Origin: Candidatus Oxydemutator sp.
GTDB lineage: Bacteria; Pseudomonadota; Gammaproteobacteria; Poriferisulfidales; Oxydemutatoraceae
DNA: 64,000 nucleotides
NCBI GenBank assembly: GCA_965203445.1
Contig: OZ241883.1
Location: 1,280,001-1,344,000, forward strand
Direction: 5' to 3'
Shown: one piece after another, positions 1 through 8,739 of the stretch
How positions within the stretch are numbered: the first letter of the stretch is position 1
How the letters are laid out: the number at the start of each line of letters is the position of its first letter
The notes under the pieces: generated by a model
Databases searched by the model: none
What the model was told of the DNA's origin: nothing
The model's input: the letters and a program-made list of their open reading frames with translations, nothing else
Position numbers and translations under genes: made by a program

Positions 1-3000
1 GCCGCTCGAAGACACGGCGCCGACGTTCGAGATCGCGGCGACGACGCTGACGTATACGGCCGGCGCATCGGTGGACGAGACGCTGCCGGCGGCGCGCGGC
101 GGCGACGGCGAGTTGCGCTACACGTTGACTGATGGGCTGACGGACGCCGGGCCGACCAACGCGGGCAGTACGCCGACACTGACGCTGACGCTGCCGCCCG
201 GCCTGGAGTTCGACGCGGCGACACGCCGGCTGCACGGCAGGCTGACGACGGCGTCATCAACGTCGCGCTACACGCTGACGGCTGTGGACGGCGACGGCAA
301 CCTCGCGCCCAGCGACGCCGCCCGGACATCCATAGCCATCGTAGTGCTGCCCGACCACGATGCCAACCGCAACAGCCTGATAGAAATATCGAGCCTGGAG
401 CAACTCAACGCAATCCGTTGGGATCTGGACGGCAATGGCGTGCCGACGGAAGCCGGCGCCGCGTCGTACGCCGCGGCCTTCCCGAGCACGGATGGAGTCG
501 TCTGCCGCACGACGACGGGAGTAGTCTCCTGCAAAGGTTACGAGTTGGTATCGGATCTGGACTTCAACACGGGCGATCCAAGCACGCGCACCGACGACCT
601 TTACTACAACAACGGCGCCGGCTGGGAACCTGTTGGCCAATGCCGCAGAACATTGGGGTGGTATTCGTGTTCTGCATCCGATTCGTATGCCGCAACGTTC
701 CGTGGCAACGGCCACGTCATTCACAACTTGTTCATCCGGCGTCCGGGTGAGAATTATGTTGGGCTATTCGGTTATCTCAGAGGAGGCAGGATAGAGGGAG
801 TAGGGCTGCATGACGTGCGCGTCGAAGGACATAGTGATGTCGGTGGTTTGGCAGGGAGGGCTGATGCTTGGTTAAATTTTGGGATTTGGACTAGTATAAC
901 GATAATCTCCAATAGCCACGTGACGGGCGTGGTCAGCGGGACAGGCCGGAGTGTAGGCGGCCTCGTGGGATTCAATCGGGGAGAGATAACTGCCAGTTAT
1001 GCGACGGGTGTGGTCAGCGGGACAGGCCGGTATGATGCAGGCGGCCTCGTGGGGGACAACAGGGGAGAGATAACTGCCAGTTATGCGACGGGCGTGGTTA
1101 GTGGAACGGATAACGCAGGCGGCCTCGTGGGGCTCAATCGGGGAGAGATAACTGCCAGTTATGCGACGGGCGTGGTTAGTGGAACGGATAACGCAGGCGG
1201 CCTCGTGGGGATCAACGATGGAGAGATAGCTGCCAGTTACGCGACGGGTGCGGTCCGCGGGGTAACTGATGTAGGCGGCCTCGTGGGGTTCAATCAGGGA
1301 GAAATAGTCGCTAGTTATGCGACGGGCGCGGTCAGCAGGACAGTTTGGTATGGGTATGTAGGTGGCCTCGTGGGGTACAACAACTCGAATGGAAAGATAG
1401 CCGCCAGTTACGCGACGGGCGCGGTCCGCGGGAGATGGCGCGAGGGCGGCCTCATAGGGAACAACGGCAGTGCTGTGCGGTCGTGGAGAGGAACAGTAAC
1501 CGCCAGCTACTGGGACAAGCTGACATCCGGACATGCATGGAGCGACGGCGGCACGGGCAAGAAGACCTTCGAGTTGCGTGCGCCCACGACGTACACCGGG
1601 ATTTATGCCGCCTGGAACGTGGACGTGGACGGCGATGAGGCCGCTGATGCCCCGTGGGGCTTTGGCACCGAAACCGAATATCCGATATTGCGGTATGGCC
1701 ACGGCACCGCGTCGGTGGCGTTGCAGCAGTCGTTGCAGCCCGTGATTTCGGCGGACAGCAGTTTGCGTGGCTTGTCGGTCGTCGGAACCACCCTGTCGCC
1801 CGATTTCCGTGCGGCGGTTACGTCGTACGACGCGGCGTCCGAGTATGACGTAGTTACGGTCACGGTGTTGGTGGCGGACGCCGGTGCTCGTGCCGAGATC
1901 AGTCCGGATGACGCGCAAAGCGAGGTTGACGGCCACCAGGTGAGGCTGGCGGCGGGCGCTACCGGCACGGTTACGATTACGGTAACGGTAACGGCTGCGG
2001 ATGGTTCGGCGACGGAGTACGTCGTGGTGGTCGGTCATGAGGACGTGCCACCGCCGCTCGAAGACACGGCGCCGACGTTCGAGATCGCGGCGACGACGCT
2101 GACGTATACGGCCGGCGCATCGGTGGACGAGACGCTGCCGGCGGCGCGTGGCGGCGACGGCGAGTTGCGCTACACGTTGACTGATGGGCTGACGGACGCC
2201 GGGCCGACCAACGCGGGCAGCACGCCGACACTGACGCTGACGCTCCCGCCCGGCCTGGAGTTCGATGCGGCGACGCGTCGGCTGCACGGCAGTCTGACGA
2301 CGGCGTCGTCAACGTCGCGCTATACGCTGACGGCCACGGACGGCGACGGCAACCTCGCGCCCAGCGACGCCGCCCGGTTATCTGTAGCCATCGTAGTGCT
2401 GTCTATGCCCGATCACGACGGCAACCGCAACAGCCTGATAGAAATATCGAGCCTGGAACAACTCAACGCGATCCGTTGGGATCTGGATGGCAACGGAGTA
2501 CCGACGGAAGCCGGCGCCGCATCGTACGCCGCGGCCTTCCCGAGCACGGATGGAGTCGTCTGTCGCGCGACGACGGCGACGGTTCCCTGTAAAGGCTACG
2601 AGCTAATATCGGACCTGGACTTCAACACGGGCGATCCAAGCACGCGCACCGACGACCTGTACTACAACAACGGCGCCGGCTGGGAACCGATTGGCACTTG
2701 TAGCGGATGGTTGTGGTGGCCGCGTTGTTCTAAATCTGATGGGTATGCCGCGATGTTTAGCGGCAACGGCCACGTGATCTATAACCTGCTCATCCAGCGT
2801 CCGGGTGAGGACAATATCGGGTTGTTCGGTGTTCTGGGGATCGGAGGCAAGATAGAGGAAGTGGGGCTGCGCGACGTGAGTGTTGTGGGAGATGGTATGG
2901 TTGGTGGCTTGACAGGGAGGATTCATAATAGCCTGATCTGGGGTAGTTGGTCGGACCCTGGAGGAGAGATAACCGCCAGTTACGCGACGGGCGTGGTTAG

Positions 3001-4290
3001 TGGAACGGAATTTGTAGGCGGCCTCGTGGGAGGCAACAATGGAAGAATAGCCGCCAGTTCCGCGACGGGCGCGATCAGCGGAGAATTCAGTGTAGGCGGC
3101 CTCGCGGGGATCAACGATGGAGAGATAGCTGCCAGTTACGCAACGGGCGCGGTCCGCGGGACACGGGGCGTGGGTGGCCTCGTGGGGAGCAACATCGGAG
3201 AGATAGCCGCCAGTTCCGCGACGGGTGTGGTCAGTGGGACGGATGATGTGGGCGGCCTCATGGGTTACAGCCAGGGAGATATAGTTGCCAGTTACGCGAC
3301 GGGCGCGGTCCGCGGGACACGGGGCGTGGGTGGCCTCGTGGGAAGTAAATGGCAAGGAGATATAGCTGCCAGTTACGCGACGGGCGCGGTCCGCGGGGCG
3401 GAGGAGGTGGGCGGTCTCGTGGGGATCAACCATAGTGGAGAGATAGTCGTTAGTTATGCGACAGGCGCGGTCCGCGGGACATGGGGCGTGGGCGGCCTCG
3501 TGGGGATTCACGCAAAGGGCCGAGGAGATGGAGGGATAGCTGCCAGTTACGCGACGGGTGCGGTCAGTGGGGCACGGGGCGTGGGCGGCCTCGTGGGGGG
3601 CAGCACAGGAGAGATAGCTGCCAGTTACGCGACGGGTGCGGTCAGTGGGACAGATGATGTAGCGGTAGGGGGCCTCGTAGGGGGCGTTGGCATCGCGCGA
3701 CGGTGGTCGAGAGGAGCAGGAGTCGTGTGGTGGACAGGAACAGTAACCGCCGGCTACTGGGATACGTTGACCTCCGGACGTGGATCGAGTGCCGGCGGCA
3801 CGGGCAAGAAGACCTTCGAGTTGCGTTCGCCGACAACGTACACCGGGATTTATGCCGCCTGGAACGTGGACGTGGACGGCGACGAGGCCGCCGATGCCCC
3901 GTGGGGCTTCGGCACCGAGACCGAATATCCGATATTGCGGCATGGCCACGGCACTGCGTCGGTGGCGTTGCAGCAGTCGTTGCAGCCCGTGATTTCGGCG
4001 GACAGCAGTTTGCGCGGTTTGTCGGTCGGCGGTGCCACGTTGTCGCCTGATTTCCGTGCGGCGGTGACGTCGTATGACGCGGTGGCCGACCGCGACGTGG
4101 TTACGGTTGCGGCGTTGGTGGCAGGTGCCGGTGCGCGTGCCGAGATCAGGCCGAGGGACGCGCGAAGAAACGTTGACGGCCACCAGGTGAGGCTGGCGGC
4201 GGGCGCTACCGGCACGGTTACGATTACGGTAACGGTTACGGCGGCGGACGGTTCGGCGACGGAGTACGTCGTGGCGGTCAGTCGTGAGGG
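1..4290 (+). repeat. Intragenic tandem module repeat: unit 1 = 1-2052, unit 2 = 2053-~4290; the Ig part occurs a third time at ~4290-4610
   Basis: The sequence at base 1 (gccgctcgaagacacggcgccg) recurs at 2053. Framework segments are nearly identical; the GLUG cores diverge. Confidence 0.95.
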
Positions 4291-6871
4291 CACGGCGCCG
4301 GTGTTCGACGTGGCGGCGACGACGCTGGCGTATGTGGCCGGCGATCTGGTGGACGAGACGCTGCCGGCGGCGCGCGGCGGCGACGGGGAGTTGCGCTACA
4401 CGTTGACTGATGGGCTCACGGACGCCGGGCCGACCAACGCGGGCAGCACGTCGACGCTGACGCTCCCGCTCGGCCTGGAGTTCGACGCGGCATCGCGCCG
4501 GCTGCACGGCAAGCTGACGACGGCGTCGTCAACGTCGCGCTATACGCTGACGGCCACGGACGGCGACGGGAACGTCTCGCCGAGCGACGCCGCCCGGACG
4601 TCCATAGAAATTGTGGTCACGCCCGACCACGACCGCGACGATGACGGCCTGATTTCGATCACGACGCTGGCACAGTTGAACGCGGTACGTTGGGATCTGA
4701 ACGGCGACGGCGTGTCCGCCGATCCCGGATACGCCGCGGCCTTCCCCCACGCGGCCGCGGGCATGGGCTGCCCTGCATCCGGTTGCACGGGCTACGAACT
4801 GGACAACGACCTGGACTTCGACACCGACGGAAACGGCACCATCAACGCGAACGATGGTGCATTGAGTTGGGGCGCGGGCGCCGACGCCGGCAAAGGTTGG
4901 GCGCCCATCGGTGGTTCGGGTTCGTTTGACGGCAGTTTTCGTGCCACGTTCATGGGCAACGGCCACGTGGTCAAAAACCTGTTCATAAATCGGTCGTCGG
5001 ACAAGTGGGTCGGCTTGTTCGGGCGCGTCTTCGCCGGCAGGATCGAAGGGTTGGGGCTGACCGGCGCGGTCGTCATCGGTGATTTCTACGTCGGCGGACT
5101 GGTCGGGTATAACCACGGGGAGATCATCGCGAGCTACGCCAACGCCACCGTCAGCGGCCGCGACCAAGCCGGTGGATTGGTGGGCAGAAACAAGAAGAAG
5201 ATCATCGCCAGTTACGCCAACGCGACCGTCAGCGGCGGGCGCGCCGTCGGCGGTCTGGTGGGCAGAAACAAAGGAGAGATCATCGCCAGCTACGCCAGCG
5301 CGGCCGTTCGCGGCGAGCGCGCCGTCGGCGGCCTGGTGGGCAGAAACAAGAGGAGAATCGCGGCCAGTTACGCCAGGGGCACCGTGCACGGGCGCAAATA
5401 CGTCAGCGGTTTAGTGGGCCGAGGGGGATCCGTGTTCAGCTACTGGGATACCAACGTTTCCAATCTGCCCCCCTATATCGGGGGCGCCGGCAGGACGACC
5501 GGCGAGCTGCAAACGCCGACGAGTTATACCGGCATCTACGCCCACTGGAACATGGACCTGGATAACAGCACGGTGACCGGTGTCGGCGGCAGGGACGACC
5601 CGTGGGACTTCGGCACGAGCAGCCAATATCCGGTGCTGCAATACCGCGGCCTCAGCACCGCCACCCAGTTCGCCGCGCAGCCGTTCGGCGACGCCGACCT
5701 GCGCTCCCTGGTGCTTTCGGTCGGCGTGCTGGAACCGGGCTTCGACGCCGCTATCACCAGTTACGCGGCGGTCGTCGGTTATGCGGCGTTGGTCGGCACG
5801 GGGCATTATCTGACGGTGACGGCGAGCGCCGCGCATAGCTCGGCTTCCGTAGCCTTCTCGCCCGCGGACGCGCAGGCCTCCGTCGTCGGCCACCAAGTAA
5901 GGTTCGAGAGCGGCGAGAGCAGAACCGTCGCCGTCACCGTAGTGGCCGCGGACGGAGTAACCCGCAAAATCTATACGGTGATGGTGGCCGGGATGCCGCT
6001 GGAAGGCGAATCGGAGCCGGGCTTTGCGGGCGAGATCACCAGATACATGGAGGCTATGCGCCGGGAGGCACCCGCGCCGATGGCGGCGTATGCCGTGGCG
6101 AACCAGATGATGGCGCATGCGGCGACGGCCACGGTGCGCGCCGGGGTATTCCTGCAGGGTGCGTATAACCGCGCAAGCGGGCGCATGAAGACCGCCTATC
6201 GCAACCTGCTGCCGACCGGCCAGCCGTACGACGACCTGGCGCCGTCGGTGGAACTGGATTTCGCCGTGTCCGAGGTCACGCGCACGGTCGTGGACTGGGT
6301 GGTGGTGGAATTGCGCGCCACGACGCAGGGCATCGCCGCGGCCACCGCCGAGACCCGCCTTGACAGGCGGGCGGCCCTGTTGCTTGGCGACGGCAGCGTC
6401 GTCGGCGTCGACGCGGACGCCGAGACGGCGCCCGCCACAATCGAGGCGGGCAACGTCGTCGAGTTTTCGTATTCGCAACATTCGACGACGACGGGCGCCG
6501 CCTTTTACGTGCTGATTCATCATCGCAATCACCTGTCGGTGATGACGACGGCCACCGACGGCGGCGCTTGCGACGGGGCCGATTATTGCGCCGACTTCAG
6601 GAACGGACAATCCTGGGGAGACGGCCAGCACGATATGGGCAACGGTGCTTATGCGACGTTCGCCGGCGATACCGACGGCGACGGCGATATTGATCCTGGC
6701 GACGAAGCCGCCGTCCGGCGCCACAACCTGACCACCATCAACGGCACCGGACGCTACACCGACGGCGCCGTCGACGGCGATCTGAACTTCGACGGCGACG
6801 TGCTTTCGGACGACCGCTACTTTATCCTGAGGAACAACGCCAGAAGAGCATGCGACGTATGCTCGCCGTAG
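2..6871 (+). CDS. Giant repetitive surface protein/adhesin, 5'-partial: 3 modules of [putative Ig domain - GLUG-repeat solenoid - cadherin-like beta-sandwich] plus a C-terminal dockerin-like domain
   Basis: The frame is open from base 2 (PLEDTAPTFEIAATT..., the same as the start of module 2 at 2053), so the true start is outside the window. Motifs: LPPGLEFDAATRRLHG (He_PIG-like), ASYATGxVxGxxxVGGLVG (GLUG-like), LRGLSV...LSPDF..AVTSY (cadherin-like), C-terminal VFLQGAY...HHRNHL...AGDTDGDGDI. Confidence 0.9.
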   Translation, partial: PLEDTAPTFEIAATTLTYTAGASVDETLPAARGGDGELRYTLTDGLTDAGPTNAGSTPTLTLTLPPGLEFDAATRRLHGRLTTASSTSRYTLTAVDGDGNLAPSDAARTSIAIVVLPDHDANRNSLIEISSLEQLNAIRWDLDGNGVPTEAGAASYAAAFPSTDGVVCRTTTGVVSCKGYELVSDLDFNTGDPSTRTDDLYYNNGAGWEPVGQCRRTLGWYSCSASDSYAATFRGNGHVIHNLFIRRPGENYVGLFGYLRGGRIEGVGLHDVRVEGHSDVGGLAGRADAWLNFGIWTSITIISNSHVTGVVSGTGRSVGGLVGFNRGEITASYATGVVSGTGRYDAGGLVGDNRGEITASYATGVVSGTDNAGGLVGLNRGEITASYATGVVSGTDNAGGLVGINDGEIAASYATGAVRGVTDVGGLVGFNQGEIVASYATGAVSRTVWYGYVGGLVGYNNSNGKIAASYATGAVRGRWREGGLIGNNGSAVRSWRGTVTASYWDKLTSGHAWSDGGTGKKTFELRAPTTYTGIYAAWNVDVDGDEAADAPWGFGTETEYPILRYGHGTASVALQQSLQPVISADSSLRGLSVVGTTLSPDFRAAVTSYDAASEYDVVTVTVLVADAGARAEISPDDAQSEVDGHQVRLAAGATGTVTITVTVTAADGSATEYVVVVGHEDVPPPLEDTAPTFEIAATTLTYTAGASVDETLPAARGGDGELRYTLTDGLTDAGPTNAGSTPTLTLTLPPGLEFDAATRRLHGSLTTASSTSRYTLTATDGDGNLAPSDAARLSVAIVVLSMPDHDGNRNSLIEISSLEQLNAIRWDLDGNGVPTEAGAASYAAAFPSTDGVVCRATTATVPCKGYELISDLDFNTGDPSTRTDDLYYNNGAGWEPIGTCSGWLWWPRCSKSDGYAAMFSGNGHVIYNLLIQRPGEDNIGLFGVLGIGGKIEEVGLRDVSVVGDGMVGGLTGRIHNSLIWGSWSDPGGEITASYATGVVSGTEFVGGLVGGNNGRIAASSATGAISGEFSVGGLAGINDGEIAASYATGAVRGTRGVGGLVGSNIGEIAASSATGVVSGTDDVGGLMGYSQGDIVASYATGAVRGTRGVGGLVGSKWQGDIAASYATGAVRGAEEVGGLVGINHSGEIVVSYATGAVRGTWGVGGLVGIHAKGRGDGGIAASYATGAVSGARGVGGLVGGSTGEIAASYATGAVSGTDDVAVGGLVGGVGIARRWSRGAGVVWWTGTVTAGYWDTLTSGRGSSAGGTGKKTFELRSPTTYTGIYAAWNVDVDGDEAADAPWGFGTETEYPILRHGHGTASVALQQSLQPVISADSSLRGLSVGGATLSPDFRAAVTSYDAVADRDVVTVAALVAGAGARAEIRPRDARRNVDGHQVRLAAGATGTVTITVTVTAADGSATEYVVAVSREGTAPVFDVAATTLAYVAGDLVDETLPAARGGDGELRYTLTDGLTDAGPTNAGSTSTLTLPLGLEFDAASRRLHGKLTTASSTSRYTLTATDGDGNVSPSDAARTSIEIVVTPDHDRDDDGLISITTLAQLNAVRWDLNGDGVSADPGYAAAFPHAAAGMGCPASGCTGYELDNDLDFDTDGNGTINANDGALSWGAGADAGKGWAPIGGSGSFDGSFRATFMGNGHVVKNLFINRSSDKWVGLFGRVFAGRIEGLGLTGAVVIGDFYVGGLVGYNHGEIIASYANATVSGRDQAGGLVGRNKKKIIASYANATVSGGRAVGGLVGRNKGEIIASYASAAVRGERAVGGLVGRNKRRIAASYARGTVHGRKYVSGLVGRGGSVFSYWDTNVSNLPPYIGGAGRTTGELQTPTSYTGIYAHWNMDLDNSTVTGVGGRDDPWDFGTSSQYPVLQYRGLSTATQFAAQPFGDADLRSLVLSVGVLEPGFDAAITSYAAVVGYAALVGTGHYLTVTASAAHSSASVAFSPADAQASVVGHQVRFESGESRTVAVTVVAADGVTRKIYTVMVAGMPLEGESEPGFAGEITRYMEAMRREAPAPMAAYAVANQMMAHAATATVRAGVFLQGAYNRASGRMKTAYRNLLPTGQPYDDLAPSVELDFAVSEVTRTVVDWVVVELRATTQGIAAATAETRLDRRAALLLGDGSVVGVDADAETAPATIEAGNVVEFSYSQHSTTTGAAFYVLIHHRNHLSVMTTATDGGACDGADYCADFRNGQSWGDGQHDMGNGAYATFAGDTDGDGDIDPGDEAAVRRHNLTTINGTGRYTDGAVDGDLNFDGDVLSDDRYFILRNNARRACDVCSP

Positions 6872-6892
6872 CCGGGCAAGGCGCGGTCGTGC

Positions 6893-7945
6893 TCACCCGG
6901 CCGAAAGCAACCGATCAAGCGTCGCGCACACCTCGGCGACTGTAATCCGCTCCATCACGCCCGGCGCTTCGAGCTTGGTTCCCCACGGGATTTCCTCTAC
7001 TTTCTTCCCCAACACGTCGCGCACGACCTCGGGGTAGCGGTTGACGCACCATTGCCGGCTTAGATAGGGTGCGGCGCGCTCGGGGTTGGTCGCCGCGTAC
7101 AGTCCGATGACCGGGGTCGCCGAGCACGCGGCGATATGCGCTGGTCCCGAGTCCGGCGCGAGTACCGCCGTGGCGCGTGCGATCAGCGCCGCCAGTTGCT
7201 TCAGGGTCGTGCGCCCGACGAGAGCGGTTGTCTCGCGGTTCGCGCGGCGCAGCATCTCGCTCTGACAGCGGTGCTCGATTTCGCTGCCGGCGCCGGTGAC
7301 CACGACGCGCATCGCGTGCTCGCGCGCGGCATAGTCGGCGACCTCGGCGTAGCGCGCGGCCGGCCAGTTGCGCAACGGATGGCTCGAACACGGGCTTATC
7401 AGCAGCGTCTTCTGCTCACCGGGCAGCAGGCGTTCGGCAAAGGCGGCTTCCTCGTCGCCGTGGCAGCGCGGCCAGTGCAGTTGTCTCTCCTCGATACCGA
7501 GCGCCTCGCTGAAACCGAACAGGCCGTCGAGCACGTGCTGGCGCGCGCGCGCGGCGATGCGGCGGTTGACGAAGCAGCCGTGCGCGTCCTTCGAGCGCGC
7601 GCGGTCGAAGCCGATGCGCAGCGGCGCCCTCACGCACAGGCTGGCCAAGTGTGCGCGCATCGAATACTGCATCAGCAGCAGCGCGTCGAAACGCCGCCGC
7701 CGCAGCCTGCGCGCAAGATCAAAATAGGCTTTGCCTCCCGCCGCCTTGTCGAATACGATGAACTCGATGCCGCCGAGACCCGCGACCAGCGAGTGCTCGG
7801 TTTTGCCGATGATCCAGGTGATTTTTGTCTTTTGCCGGGTATTTTTTATAGTATGGACGACGGGCAGGACGTGGACGACGTCGCCAATCGCCGACAGGCG
7901 CACCAAACAAAGGTTTTGCGGAGGCCGCGCGGGAAGCCGGGACAT
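6893..7945 (-). CDS. Glycosyltransferase family 9 (LPS heptosyltransferase-like)
   Basis: RLSAIGDVVH and DSGPAHIAA motifs; adjacent to kdkA/waaA. Start chosen at ATG 7945. Confidence 0.9.
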   Translation of the reverse strand: MSRLPARPPQNLCLVRLSAIGDVVHVLPVVHTIKNTRQKTKITWIIGKTEHSLVAGLGGIEFIVFDKAAGGKAYFDLARRLRRRRFDALLLMQYSMRAHLASLCVRAPLRIGFDRARSKDAHGCFVNRRIAARARQHVLDGLFGFSEALGIEERQLHWPRCHGDEEAAFAERLLPGEQKTLLISPCSSHPLRNWPAARYAEVADYAAREHAMRVVVTGAGSEIEHRCQSEMLRRANRETTALVGRTTLKQLAALIARATAVLAPDSGPAHIAACSATPVIGLYAATNPERAAPYLSRQWCVNRYPEVVRDVLGKKVEEIPWGTKLEAPGVMERITVAEVCATLDRLLSAG

Positions 7946-7950
7946 AGCGT

Positions 7951-8676
7951 TTGAACGAATCACGTATTCAGATCGCGGATCGCCATATCCTATACGATAG
8001 CGACGGCGCCTTCGACCCCGCCTGGTTCGATACCGCTCCCGGTTCGGGTGCGCGCGCGCGCGCGGAATCGTCGTTCGAGGCCGCCGCCGGCGGCAGGAAC
8101 CGCGCGGAATTCTTCCAAGCCGACGGCGCCGAATACTTCATCAAGCACTACGCGCGCGGCGGTTTTCCGGCGCGCCTCGTCGCGGACCGCTATCTCTACA
8201 CCGGCCGGGATCGTTCGCGCTCGTTCGCCGAGTGGCGGCTGCTCGCCGCGCTCAGCCACGGCGGCCTGCCGGTGCCGCGACCGGTGGCCGCGTCGTGCGC
8301 GCGCCGTGGCGCGTGTTACACCGCCGGCTTGATAACGGCCAGTTGTCGTCCGGCGCGACCGCTGGCGAAGCTTCTGCGCGAGGCGCCGCTCGGCGAACGC
8401 GGATGGCGCGCCATCGGCAGGACTATCCGCCGTTTTCACGACGAGGGCGTATGGCATGCCGACTTGAACGCACATAATATTCTGATGACGGACGCCGCCG
8501 GCGTAGTTCTGGTGGACTTCGACCGCGCGCGCCTGCGCGCGGACGCCCGCGCCTGGAGGCGCGCCAATATCGAGCGCTTGCGGCGTTCCCTCGACAAACT
8601 GGCGGCGCGCTCCGGTGCGCTGCACTTTGGCGGCGACGACTTCGACGCGCTGCGCGACGCCTATTGCGGCGGCTGA
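7951..8676 (+). CDS. kdkA: 3-deoxy-D-manno-octulosonic acid (Kdo) kinase
   Basis: KHYARGG, RSFAEWRLL, HADLNAHNIL, DFDRA motifs. Confidence 0.9.
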   Translation: MNESRIQIADRHILYDSDGAFDPAWFDTAPGSGARARAESSFEAAAGGRNRAEFFQADGAEYFIKHYARGGFPARLVADRYLYTGRDRSRSFAEWRLLAALSHGGLPVPRPVAASCARRGACYTAGLITASCRPARPLAKLLREAPLGERGWRAIGRTIRRFHDEGVWHADLNAHNILMTDAAGVVLVDFDRARLRADARAWRRANIERLRRSLDKLAARSGALHFGGDDFDALRDAYCGG

Positions 8677-8739
8677 CGCGCGTGAACCTCCCGCCTCCCG
8701 ATCCGTCATATAGGGGAGAGGCGGGGCGGCGCCTGCCGC

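Noticed and set aside
900-1500. ~78-bp repeats with variable interiors resembling a CRISPR array
   Set aside because: They are in-frame coding repeats with degenerate units, and there are no cas genes.
900-3760. Diversity-generating retroelement acting on the GLUG repeats (the codon after GLVG is almost always NNC/NNT, as expected from a mutated AAC)
   Set aside because: No reverse transcriptase or template repeat in the window; other variable positions include indels and changes not explained by adenine-specific mutagenesis. A remote DGR cannot be excluded.
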